A DNA stretch of 64,000 bases from Paraspadella gotoi. Its lineage: Eukaryota; Animalia; Chaetognatha. The stretch lies in contig CM119265.1 in the NCBI GenBank assembly GCA_051294375.1, forward strand, positions 22,521,058 through 22,585,057. Direction: 5' to 3'. This document shows positions 48,301 through 61,900 of the stretch, piece after piece. The position numbers were made by a program, and so were the translations under genes. The first letter of the stretch is position 1, and every line of letters begins with the position of its first letter. Below the pieces are notes generated by a model. It was not told where the DNA came from, did no database searches, and saw only the letters and a list, made by a program, of their open reading frames with translations.

Positions 48301-49122
48301 GGGCGGGGCTCCAGGGACGTCTAAGGACGCCGACTGATCGCCCGACAGCTCTTTCGCCGTTGCCTCGTCCGGCCGTCAGGTTCTCCAGGCCCGGCTTTCG
48401 TCCATGGACTGGTTTTTTGCGGTTTCTCATCCCCCCCTTCTACGACGTCCGGTCAAGTGGGCGTGGCACGTCACCGGAAGTCTTCGCGGGATTCCCCCTC
48501 TTGGTTTGCTTGGCTACGAGTGATTCTGTCTCGTGTCGGCGTCTGAGGAGCGTACGGAGGGGGAAGAGAAGGCGGGGAAGAGGAGTTTTCCTCTTCGTTT
48601 TTCTCTCGGAGATGTCGCGTTTGGAGAGCAGATGCTCACTTGTTGGTGGGGAAGAACAATGAAGAATCCCGGTTCCATAAGGAACCAAAAATTAATTTTT
48701 TAATTAATTACCGCTAATGATCGTGGGCAGATCCGACATTGTTTGCCCAAACTTGTTAGAAATCGTTCCTTTTGGTTAAAACTGAGTCTAAAATAGTGAT
48801 TTCCACTCCTAACCTCCTTAATCCTTTCTCCTTTCTCCTTCCACCATCACAATGCAACTTTCGTTTCCTTCAGGTGTCTCCTTACGCACCAATTCCGGAG
48901 ATCGAACTCTCTCGCAGCCCCGAGGGTCTCGTGCGGGTCGGGATGATGCCCACCCTCAGTTCCCTCCATTACGGCGACTACGGCGTCTTGGCCGTGTCGC
49001 CGTTCCCGCCTCCCGCCGCCGCGCCCCTCCCAGAACCTTCGCCCGTCACCATCCTGACCTCGTCGCCGGTACTCACCTCCAATCTCGACTCTTCTCCTCA
49101 AGTCTCGCCGGACATGAAATGA
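42321..49122 (+). CDS. single-pass membrane protein with SUEL/galactose-binding-lectin-like and CUB domains (5' end uncertain)
   Basis: Exons ~42321-42372, 42567-42728, 43186-43288, 43369-43534, 43624-43789, 43850-43935, 44225-45099 and 48874-49122. Lectin-like: LNISCP...IKIVQGVYG...CSGKRNCQITV...CGG...YLMVAYQC. CUB: C...NGFIISPGYPSPY..DINCQC...CQHDYV...KFCG...RGFWLEY. These are followed by a Ser/Thr-rich stalk and the TM segment ILIVVGVSAFVVFFVVFAVAY-RKRQ. No clear signal peptide was found. Confidence 0.75.
46219..48693 (+). mobile_element. non-autonomous DIRS1-like (tyrosine-recombinase retrotransposon) element with ITRs, ICR and a gag-like ORF
   Basis: ~140-bp ITRs (46232-46374 and 48519-48657), with unique outer extensions and ATT at both termini. 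Internal region 47127-47213 is the reverse complement of the joined right-end/left-end junction. No RT/RNaseH motifs are visible. Confidence 0.85.
47606..48301 (+). pseudogene. gag-like ORF (probably 5'-degraded) of the DIRS-like element
   Basis: 231-codon helical-looking ORF ending ...ESRRLVV...LKTVLSSSPPSTSFFFG followed by a basic tail. It resembles, from memory, the RR...L..P....LFG C-terminal pattern of DIRS1 ORF1/gag. Confidence 0.5.
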
Positions 49123-49756
49123 AAAAAAAAAGCTTTTTTTATTTATTTATACATATTTATGTCGTTGTCCGTAACTTTGATCTCGTCCGGTTTTTTCTTT
49201 TTTTTTTATCGCTGATTGTGACTCGAGACTTGTAAAAAAATATATGCATCTTTTTTTTTTTCTTATTTTTTTATTTATTTTTTTTTTTTTTGCTTTTAGC
49301 TCATTTATCATGATCTTTTTTATGCTCTACTAGTTTTCCTTGTGTTTTACTTTTACAAAAAATCGATGCCAGATTATTAATTACTGTATTTAGTTCCCGA
49401 GATAATGATTTTTCCATTTTTTGGGGGAAAAGACATGTTCCGGGTTAATCCCAGAAGATCAGTGATTCAGCCCGAATTAGGGTGCGGTGGGATCTCGATC
49501 TATTATTTTTATTGCTATTTAGTTTTTAGGCTGAGATAAAATAGTGTTGTGCGTAAAAGTAGTTGCGAATTTATTTAATTTTTTCACTAGTTAAAGATTT
49601 CACTACGTAGATTTTTTACGCATAATTTTGGTTAATTTATTTTTTTTAGCCATCGCATCGGTGGTAATAGGTTGTTTGTTCTTGTTTGGATAATTAAGGA
49701 GAAACGCCTCAGAATATTTTTCAATATTTTCTATGCGGGCACAATTAATTGTTTTC

Positions 49757-50056
49757 TTTTTATCGTCGCAATCGCTAAGCATTTGCGACGATATTGTAAC
49801 TCTTTTGCGCATAAGTGGCGTAGTCGTCGTCGTTGTCGGCGTTCCAAATTATAGATCGCCTTTTTTATGATTAAATTCGGGTGTATGAAGCTGAAAATTT
49901 ATATACAGCTTCTCATCATCGATGTGCTTAAAATTGAGTCTGGACAGTTATTAAATATGTTTTGTTTACGTTTTATCAAAACAAACAAATTTTCTCTCTT
50001 TTATTTTCATATTTCTTTCTTTCTCTCTTTTCTCTTTTAATTACATGTCTCTCTTT
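49757..50056 (+). mobile_element. HINE family B, 3'-truncated copy
   Basis: 5' end ttttatcgtcgcaat...ttgcgacgat (subTIR plus inverted copy), then (GTC)n and the core shared with 39960 and 57948. Confidence 0.75.
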
Positions 50057-50523
50057 ATTTGGGTGTAGATTTAATCGAAATTATTTATCAATACAAACTA
50101 CACAGTGACGAATAAAATAATTTGAGCTAGCCATGAAATTATTATAGCTTGATCTGGTGCCCAAGCGTGATGACCAACCTATTTTTAATAAAATTAAAAG
50201 TAATTTTTCTAGTTCATATTTTGCCAGTCTAGACATTAAATTATTGATTTAAATATTGATCGAGAAATGCGGATCTCGACATGTTCAAACCCCAAAGTTT
50301 GCTTTCGGACTCGTTACGGTAATCTAGTCAGTTTGTAGTTTAGATGGTCCGCATAGTATTGTTTACTCTTGTAAATTTTTGTTATGGCCAAAATAACTAT
50401 ATTGTACGTTTGTATTTGTATCTCATCTGATCTCGATAATTGTTTTTGTTTTTGAATATACCGATATTTCTTCCGATCTCCCAATGTTTACACTTTTACA
50501 GAATCGAACGAGTTAAAAAAACT

Positions 50524-53149
50524 ATGACAAAAGCCCACGTGGATACGCGGACGGAATTAGCAGAGCTTGTTAAAAGAAAGCATGACATTGCCGGTGAATT
50601 AGTAGTGGTTATTTATACTCGAGGAAATCAACATTCCATTACTTTCTCAAATTATCTTTAACCCCGTCTCTGGCTTTCCAGAGACTCTGGCAAATTTGGA
50701 GCGTCAAATCTACGCGTTCGAAGGAAGTTACTTGGAAGACACGCAGCAATACGGAAATATCATTCGAGGATGGGACAGGTATTTGACCAGCAATCGCAGT
50801 ACCAACAGCAAACAGGACAAGAAGAACCGCAAGTTCAAGGAGGCGGATCGGCTTTTTTCAAAGTCCTCCATCACTTCCGCCGGTGCCGTCGCTGGCCTTC
50901 CTGGCGTCGGCTCGGGTTAGTTTAATGAGAAGACATTTGTTGTTAAGGCTTGTTGTAAAGGCGTGCTCGCTGCAAGTCAAGAAGTTGCTTGAATGAAATA
51001 TGGGAAGTGAGAGTTATACTTTTAGAGTTTTCTTTTTCTTTTTATTAAATTGAATAATTTTTAACATAATTTTGTCATAAATGGTAAGAACTGAATCATT
51101 AAACCAGAACAAAATGGTTGCTATTTCTTCAATAAATTTTTATTAAATCAAGTTAAAAAATAAAATGAACAAGGTAAGTGGTTAATTTTAAAAAGAATGA
51201 ATACTGCATTATAAAAGCTCTCTTGCTTAAAAAATGAGGTTGTTTCTTACTGTCTTGCATCGAAGGAAACGATTTAAAAGATTATTTAATCAATATTATA
51301 AAAATATGTATTAAATATTGAAAAATATATAATCTAATAATTTTTTGTAAAAAAGTAATAACAAATTTTTTTACCAATTTATGTAATTTAATGAATTTAA
51401 GTTTTTCAACCCAGTATAAGAGCAGTAAGCTCTTATTAACGGACAGTACCATTTAGAAACACTGAATGTTTTGACTTCGATTAAAGCGTTTCGATCTGTC
51501 TTACTTCCATTTAGGATCTGACAGTCGGGAGATGTCGCCGGCGTTGGACGACTCCGCCTCAGAAACCAACGTCGATCAGAACGCCAATCAAAAGCCGTCC
51601 TTTAACGGTCCTCCCGGTTAAACGTTTTCCTTTTAAATTTTTAGTCAGATCTGCTTATCGCAGATTCCGACTCTACAATCCACTTTGTCGGTCCGTCGGT
51701 CCACCCCCCAAATCTTGTCGGTAATTCATTTTGATCATATCAGAACATCGAATTATGATAAATTATGCAAAAAAAAACGATTTCCGTCCAACCGTCCGTC
51801 CTCCCCCCGTAGCAAAAAACTCTCATTACTCGTGATTGGATTGTTGGATTGTAATGAAATTTTGTGTGGGGGTAGGAAAGTGTGTGATTGAATAGAATAT
51901 AAAGTTTTGATGGAATCGTACGAATTTTGTGTGTGGGTAGGAAAGTGTGTGTCATTTTTTCAACTTGCATCTTTTTTTAACTCGCATCATTTTTTTCAAA
52001 CTCGCATCATTTTTTCAATCGCATCATTTTTTTAACTTACATCATTTTTTATTTTTGCATCATAACTTGCATCATTTTTCAACTTGCATCATTTTTTCAT
52101 CCATTAATTAATCAATTAATTAAAACATTTATGAGTAAGCATAAATAATAAAAATTCAAGTCAACTTGACTTTGGTTTTTTCCATTTAAACTCATTTCCA
52201 CTCGCACGATTCCATCTAAACTTTATACCCAGCTTTATCACACACTTTCCTACCCACATACAAAATTTAATCTCAATCTATCCATCCAATTATGATATAT
52301 CGATAATATGGTTAAAATTAGTAAAAAGATTTAAGTTAATGTGACTTTTGTTATGTACAGACAGACGGACTTTGTTTTTTTTGCTTAATTTAGCATAATA
52401 TGATGTTCTGATGTGATAAAAATGATTTACCAACAAGATTTAGGGGTGGGACCGACGGACCAACAAAGTCAATTATAGAGTTGGAATCTGCTGATTTGAG
52501 TTGAAAAAATTATGCAAGTTCAAAAATTAATGCGAGTTAAAAAAATGGAGCGAGTTAAAAAAAGAATACAAGATAAAAAATGAGGCGAGTTTAAAAAATG
52601 AGGTAAGTTGAAAAAATAATAATAGATAAAGAAAATATTTGTACTTTATTTATAATTATTTCTACCATACTAACAGTTCAGTTTAATCCCTTGCAAGCGA
52701 TTTACATGTATGGTACAATCTGTTATGATCAGTTAGGATCACAAATTGAAAAAATTATCGTGATTGATTATCTAATTAGCTGATTACCACTTAATTATGG
52801 GAGGCAGATCCGACATAGTTTGCTCAAACTTGTTTTCTTTTAATTAGCTAATTTGTATTGAGTTTGTGCTGCATTTTTGTTGGTTTATAGAATTGGACAA
52901 TTCTGAAGCGGGTAGCCTCAGCGAGGACCAATCAAGAAAAACTCAGGAAGATGGCCCCAGTGGAGGTACTATAGATGTTTTATATCTTTTTTGCTTCTCC
53001 GAAATTAAACACCTAATTTTTAAGATTTTCCCAAATTATTACCAGTTGCTGGTAATTCTGATGGCTCTTTACACAGCGTTCAAAATGGTAAAATTCACAA
53101 GCGTCACAACAGTCAAAACAAACTCAAAAACAAAAAGCGATACAGATGA
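50524..53149 (+). CDS. MEAF6: Chromatin modification-related protein MEAF6/Eaf6 (NuA4/MYST complexes), 5 exons
   Basis: [52 protein letters not shown]...[17 protein letters not shown]. Exons ~50524-50593, 50682-50915, 51516-51616, 52891-52965 and 53046-53149. Confidence 0.95.
51638..52835 (+). mobile_element. HINE family A copy with an internal inverted duplication
   Basis: Normal 5' and 3' ends. 52170-52495 is the reverse complement of the element's own 5' part, and catcatttttt-type repeats occur in both orientations. Confidence 0.75.
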
Positions 53150-53316
53150 TCAATTAATTTGCTCCAACTTTCTTGCTATTCATTTCGCCGATCGTCAAAA
53201 TTTTGATCACTTCAACGGCCTCGTATTATCGCATATTTTTGTTTCTTTAATCTCACTATTTCTATTTGTCCAATTTTCTTGTTTGTATCGTAACTTATCT
53301 TTGAATTTAGATATAA

Positions 53317-55582
<2,266 letters not shown>

Positions 55583-55704
55583 CTCGATGTTTTCACGTTT
55601 TCCTTCTGATGCTTAAATGTTTGCTTTTTGACTATAAAATATTTGTTTGTTTCTCATAAACCACTGTGTAAGTAAAAAATATTTAAACTCTAGAAATGTA
55701 TATA

Positions 55705-56256
55705 CAAGGAGGTCCAGCTCTTATGGGACTAAATTTAAAAAAAATATTTTGGATGGGTAAACACTATAATAATTAAATAAAAATTTTTATGCATGTTAGA
55801 GATTGTTAGGATTATACAATCTATTCAAAGGATCTACCCTGAACCTTTCACAAGCATCTACCAAAAGCAGCACAAGCTTGTGTGACCGCGCCCATAGGAA
55901 AGCTACCATATTGTTATTTTCAGAGAGTTGAGACTTTTGGAGGAGACCTCCATTTGTTTTAATCAAGGACAAGGAGCTTGTAATCAAAAAAACTTAGCGG
56001 CTGAAAGTCCGGAATCATCATCTTTTGTCCCGATTTTGCTTAAAATTCTCAAAAACTTTGTAAAGAAACGGCGCGGAAAGGTACGACATGGTATTTAAAA
56101 AGTGTTAATTACATCACTTCCCGATTCATCTTCGGGACTTATTTGATATGGATCGAAAGAAAAAGTTTCTAAATATGATTTGGTTTTCGGTTTATTTTTA
56201 ATCCTTCTCGCCCTCTAGGTTCTTAAAGAAAGTTCCAAAAGAGCTGGACCTCCCTG
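55705..56256. mobile_element. Tc1/mariner-like MITE with TA target duplication
   Basis: TA|CAAGGAGGTCCAGCTCTTATGGGACT ... AGTTCCAAAAGAGCTGGACCTCCCTG|TA: 26-bp TIR with 3 mismatches. Confidence 0.8.
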
Positions 56257-57947
56257 TAAAGCGTTGCTAAGATTTAATATTAAGCAATAATATAAAGAAA
56301 ATTAAAACTATCGATCTTAATTCTTTAACATGAAAACCCTGCGCTCCCCGACATTTCTACACTGCCGCTGCCAATATCTTCACTGTAGTCTCTTTGTTAG
56401 TAATTCTAGTATTCAGTATTTATCTTACTCATTCGCAAATTTCAATTAGCATATTTGATGGAAGAAAAATTATTATAATAGAAACGTTTATTGAATTCTT
56501 TGATAAGTTCAAGAGTCTTTGATGAATCCACGAGAGTCCTTGACAAATCCGCAAAAGTTTCGCCCCTACATTTTTTGGTGAAAAACATATTTTTCTTAAG
56601 AATCTCTTTATACGGAACAGGGGTAATTCGGAACACTGACTGACACATAAAAATGAATAAAAAATTTTTTTACTAAAATTTTATAATTTTTTTAGTGCAT
56701 TAAATATTTTACCAACTTGATTTTCCAATATTAAAGTTACAGCATTCCGCTGCTGCTACAGCAGCTGCAGCAGAATATTTCAAAACTGATAGTAAATTTT
56801 TGTCTTTTTCAAGCTTCAGTCACAGTCATTCGTGACGTAATATGATTGATTATGAAATATTAATATGAAATTGGTACAACCAATATAAAAATTATCCATT
56901 CATTTAATAAATAAGCTATCTTGCCCCTGACTTTGGACAGGCTTTGGTGGTTTAAGGCCTACATCACTCTTACAAGATAATGACATAGCAGGTCCCTGCA
57001 AGGTTTCAATCAAGACTCTCTCACAGTCTCGTTTATTCACTCCCAGAGTACCTGGCTATGATAGACGAGACTACTAATTTTTCATTATTGTATAGATTAT
57101 TTCGAAACAACAATTCAATTATTTTTTACATAGCTACAATTAAATTGGGGTAAAACTGTGCTACAGTACCGGTCTTGGCTTTCCTTCACAAGTCCAGGGA
57201 AGCTATATCTTCTATAATAATGAAAGGAATGACTTGATATGCATGTGTGGGATGGAACTTGGTATGGCCTATTCCCCATTCTATATTTCAAAAAACAATT
57301 TTGAAGTTTTGTTTTGAGCTTATTTTTTTTAAAATTTAATTGCATACTGTGCTCAAAATACTTGAACGATATAATTTTTTTTCTCAGTAAAAATTAATCT
57401 AACATTACTTGGTCTAATGGTAAAGTGTTAGACTGAATAAAAAAAAAAATTTATTATTTTAGCATATTGCTAATTATAATAACTAACTCTATTATCTATT
57501 TTTTATTATTAGTTCTACTTTTTATTATAGAAATTAATAGTTGTATTGATAGGCAGTTTTATTCCTGTAATCAAATATAATTATTTTATTATTAACTAAA
57601 TAGTTATTTTTAATATATACTACAAAATATGATTTTTTGATAAATAATATTTTTTTTAAAAAAATTATGCCAAACTATTGGTGAAATGATACTGATTACA
57701 AATATATAAATTTTTTTAAATTTGGATAACCCCTTAACAAAATACAGCCCCAAAAAAAGCCCTAAAAATGGTTAAAAACACCTATTTTTTAAACCTTTCT
57801 AAAAACTGCAATAACGCGAATTTTCAACTCAAATTTGTAAGGTATATTAGAATTGGTAATATTTTATTGCCTGAAAAAATCAGAGAATTTTATAAATAGA
57901 TTAAATGACCCTTAAATTTTGTTTGAGTCGTTCTAATTTTTCTCGTA

Positions 57948-58965
57948 TTTTTATCGTCGCTTTGCATTTGCGTCGATTTTGCTGTGGTTTTGCACATAAG
58001 TGGCGTCGTTGTCGTCGTTGTCGTTGTCGACGTTCCAAATTATAGATCGCCTTTTTCTTGTTTACATTTGGGTGTATGAAGCTTTAATATTTATATACAG
58101 CTTCTCATCATCGAGGTTGTTGAAATTGGGTGAGACAGTTATAAAATGTTTTGTTTACGTTTTATTCAAAAACAAACAAATTTCCTCTCTTTATTTTATG
58201 TCTCCTTCCTCTCTCTTTTCTCTTTTAATTATATGTAGCTCTCTCCTCTCTCTTTTCCCCAGTCACTGATTCATCAAAAAAAAACGAGTAAGCAGCTGGC
58301 TCTGCAGGGGCTTTTTCTTTTTCTCTCTTTCTCCTGCTGCTTCTGCTGCTGCCTTTTGATTTCTTTCTTTTTATTTTCATGTCTCCTTCTCTCTCTCTTT
58401 CTCGTTTAATTATAAAAGCTCTATCTCTCTCTTTTCCCCAGGCTAATTCATCGGAAAAACAAATGAGTCTGCAGCTGGCTCTGCAGGGGCTTTTTCTTTT
58501 CTCTCTTTTTCTCTGCTGCTTCTGCTGCTGCCTTTTGATTTCTTTCTTTTTTTTTTGGCTGCCTCTGCTGCTGCCGCAGCTGATTCGTCCAAAAACGATT
58601 TGGCTTCTCTCTCTCTCTCTCTCTCTGAGTTTTTATTAAAAAAAAATTTTGTTATCGCAACATCGGGTTTTTATTTCATTCTTTCTTCTCGTCACTCTCT
58701 CTTTATTTTTATTTCTTTCCTTCTTATCCTTTTTATCTTTCTATCCTTTCTATTCTTTCTTTCCTTTCTATTCTTTTCTTTCCTTTCTATTCTTTCTTTT
58801 CTCTTTTTCCTCTCTATTCTTTCTTTATATTTATTCTTTTCTTCTTTTCTTTCTATTTATTTAAATTAATTTTCTTTTCTCAAATTTGATTTTTTAGTAT
58901 CATTTGTCGTCAATCCAGATTTTTCTTATTCAATTGTGACGCTCCTTATGCTTTTAAGATTTTTT
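57948..58965 (+). mobile_element. HINE family B, full-length copy with an internal tandem duplication
   Basis: 5' ttttatcgtcgc...ttgcgtcgat. The block at ~58190-58375 is duplicated at ~58375-58555. 3' attgtgacgctccttatgcttttaagattttt. Confidence 0.75.
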
Positions 58966-58968
58966 CTA

Positions 58969-61900
58969 CAGGTAACTCTTTTTCTTTACTCGATAAAACT
59001 GGAGGGAGCGATATCTCCCAAAACTAGGAGTGTAATAGCTCAGCCGTTAGTAATGGATGGCAGGAAGGTTAGTTTGTGCCCCATTGGAGGATTTTTAAAA
59101 AAAAATTCAAAAAATATGCGCTCAGCCCTAAAAAAATTTTTTTACAATATTGCTTAGCAGCAGTATTAATGAAGCTTGCCCATATTTTTGACATAAATAC
59201 TCCTAGAACGAGACCTAACCATAATGATGTAATAAAAATTTTTGAATTAATTATTTATTTTTGGTTAATAATTAATTTAGTTCACATAATAATTTTAAAA
59301 GTATCTGAAAATATCCAAGGTAAATTGATTCTTTTTTTAACAAAATGATACATGAAACAGAGCAGTTTTAATAGTAAAAAATAAAATTTTAAAAATTATT
59401 TTAATCACCAAAAATATTTTTGCAATATTATAAAATAATATCTCATAGCTCTTAACACTAATTAAACATATTTAAAACTTATAAAGTGGTTGAAAGCGGA
59501 CTCATTGCTGATTCCAAATCTTATTTTGTTTTTAAACTTTGATTTTTGTTCCTTGTTTTACAGTCTCATCATCATTTTGTAAAAAATTGAAGAAATCGTC
59601 CTCTTTCAACCTTTATAAAAATGATTGGGTCCACTTGTGCTGGAAAAATATTTAAAGTTAATCTTTAAAAATGTCTTAATATCTACTTGCTATCAAAATT
59701 TTAATAGTGAGAAGAGATAGATCTTTGCCCCAAACCGATTCTCGAACGTGGATAAATGTCACCTTATTATATTTTTATGAAAAAAAAGAATAAGATTTTT
59801 TCTTAATAGGCACAATATTGCTAGTCATTCTCTCATGGCAACGCATAAGCGCGTCATGATTGGCTGTCTTGAACTGCTGGCAGAAATGCTCTTTCACTAG
59901 GGATTTAAGTGAAGTTGAGTCATCTTAAATGTAGTTTTGCAATATTGAGGACAACCTCACAACATTTTGAGTTCACCTATCTTTTCTTACTAACATGAAC
60001 AACCAAAGCTCAGCGTCTCTAATGCAGACTAAAGAGTAGAACTTTCCATATTGAAAAGTTTTAAATCAAAACGTTGTGTAAAATGGTGCCCATTTATCAT
60101 ATGAATTTTTGAACATTTGTTTTCAAAAAAAAAATTACAGTTAAATGGGCGGCCAACTCTGAACACAACAATGAAAAAAGGTAAAAGAATTTACTATTGT
60201 TCATAAATATCTTTCTAAAGATTATATTACTACAGGGACGAAACCAATCTATCTGTAGAGCGGAAAAAACTTGGACGATGTTTACTACCTCGCATTAATA
60301 ATTAAGTTATTTTTTTACCAACTTAATTTTTTAACCTATTTTTAGTTTGATAATCTTTTAAAAAATGATATTTTTAACATGTTTGTGAAGATTTAAAAAA
60401 AAATTATGCTCATTGAATAGAGAGAATAATTTCTTTGTTTTGCTAAAAGAATTAAAAAAAAAGATTAGTGTTAAAAAAACTTTTAAATTGTAAAAAAAAA
60501 TTACTTACCTTAATAATTATTTTTATTAATTAGGTTTAACTAACGTTAAAAAAGAAAGGGAATGCACTTTTCTTAGAGAAAATGTACTTATGTTTTTTCC
60601 ACTTTAATACTCATTTCACTGCACATTCGGTCAAAATTTATATCTAGCTTTTCACACACTTTCCTACCGCTCCACAAAATTTATCTCTAATCATTATGGG
60701 TTAAATAAGTCAAAAAGATTCAAGTAAATAGACTTCATATGTCTTTTTCATTTAAACTCATTTCCACTCGTACGTTTCCAACGAACTTTATCAAGCATTC
60801 GTTACACATTTTCTACCCACACACAAAAATTTGAATCAATCTATCCATCCAGATTATGATTAATTAGATTACTTATGGTTAAATTAAGTAAAAATATTTT
60901 AGTTAAAATGCACTTGATGTTTTTTCCACTAGAACTCAGTTCACTCACACGTTCCGTCGAAACTTTATATCCCAGCTTATCACCTCACTTCCTACCCACA
61001 CACAAAATATTCATTTCAATCAACCAGCCAATCACGTAAGTTATTGGGCTTTTTGCTAAGTGGACGATGGACGGATGATTGCACTGTATTAATTATTTAT
61101 GATAATTTAATTGACTAATTGATTAATTACACTGATTATTATTTCGATTTTATATACATCTCTGCATTAACATTAATATGAAAGGGAAAAAAGAACATAA
61201 TACAATGTAGCAAACAGGCTTTTTTGTTTTTCCATTAAAACTACATTTTCCACTCAAACGATTTTCCATCGAAACTTTGATTTCCTGTTGATCAACTCAT
61301 CCCTTTCTACCCAAATAAACAAAATTCAAGTTCAATCGCACCTCTATTCATGAGCAGATGGTGCTTCAAATAGTAATTAATTTTTTATGTCTTTTTCCAT
61401 TTAACACTCAATTTCCACACTTGGACGATATATACTCCAGACTTTCACTTTAATTCTCAATGCTCATATCATCACACTTCCCTACTACCACACAAAAACT
61501 TCCATTCAAATCCATCACATCCAACTCACGAAGTAATTGGTCCGTTTTTTTGTAAGGCTAGACGAGGGACGGAACGACGACGGACATACGTATGGACATC
61601 ATTTATTTGCATAGTTTGTCGATAAATTCGATCGCTTCTGACATGACTATAAGTCAGTGCCGACAAGTATTGAGGCGGCGCCGACACGACAAAGTGTAAT
61701 TATTAGAGTCTCGGGATCTGCTGTAAGCAGTATTCGACGAAAAACAAAAAAACAACAATATTTTTATGTCTCCTTCTCTCTTCTCTGTAAAGAATAGTCA
61801 TACGTTTACTGAATAGTTTATGCACTGCATATCGTACGAGCGTGCTTACGGCTCGGTCAAATTTTTTATTGAGGTGATCAGTTACTGAACCTTCACTACC

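Larger units (their letters stand above)
45325..48757 (+). mobile_element. HINE family A copy interrupted by a DIRS-like insertion
   Basis: 5' end tttttagtcggatctg...cagatcccgac at 45325 and 3' end gggcagatccgacattgtttgcccaaacttgtt at 48725-48757. The two halves rejoin to match 18490-18582 when 46219-48693 is removed. Confidence 0.82.

Noticed and set aside
55796-55987. 63-aa minus-strand ORF
   Set aside because: It lies inside the 552-bp MITE and has no transposase motifs.
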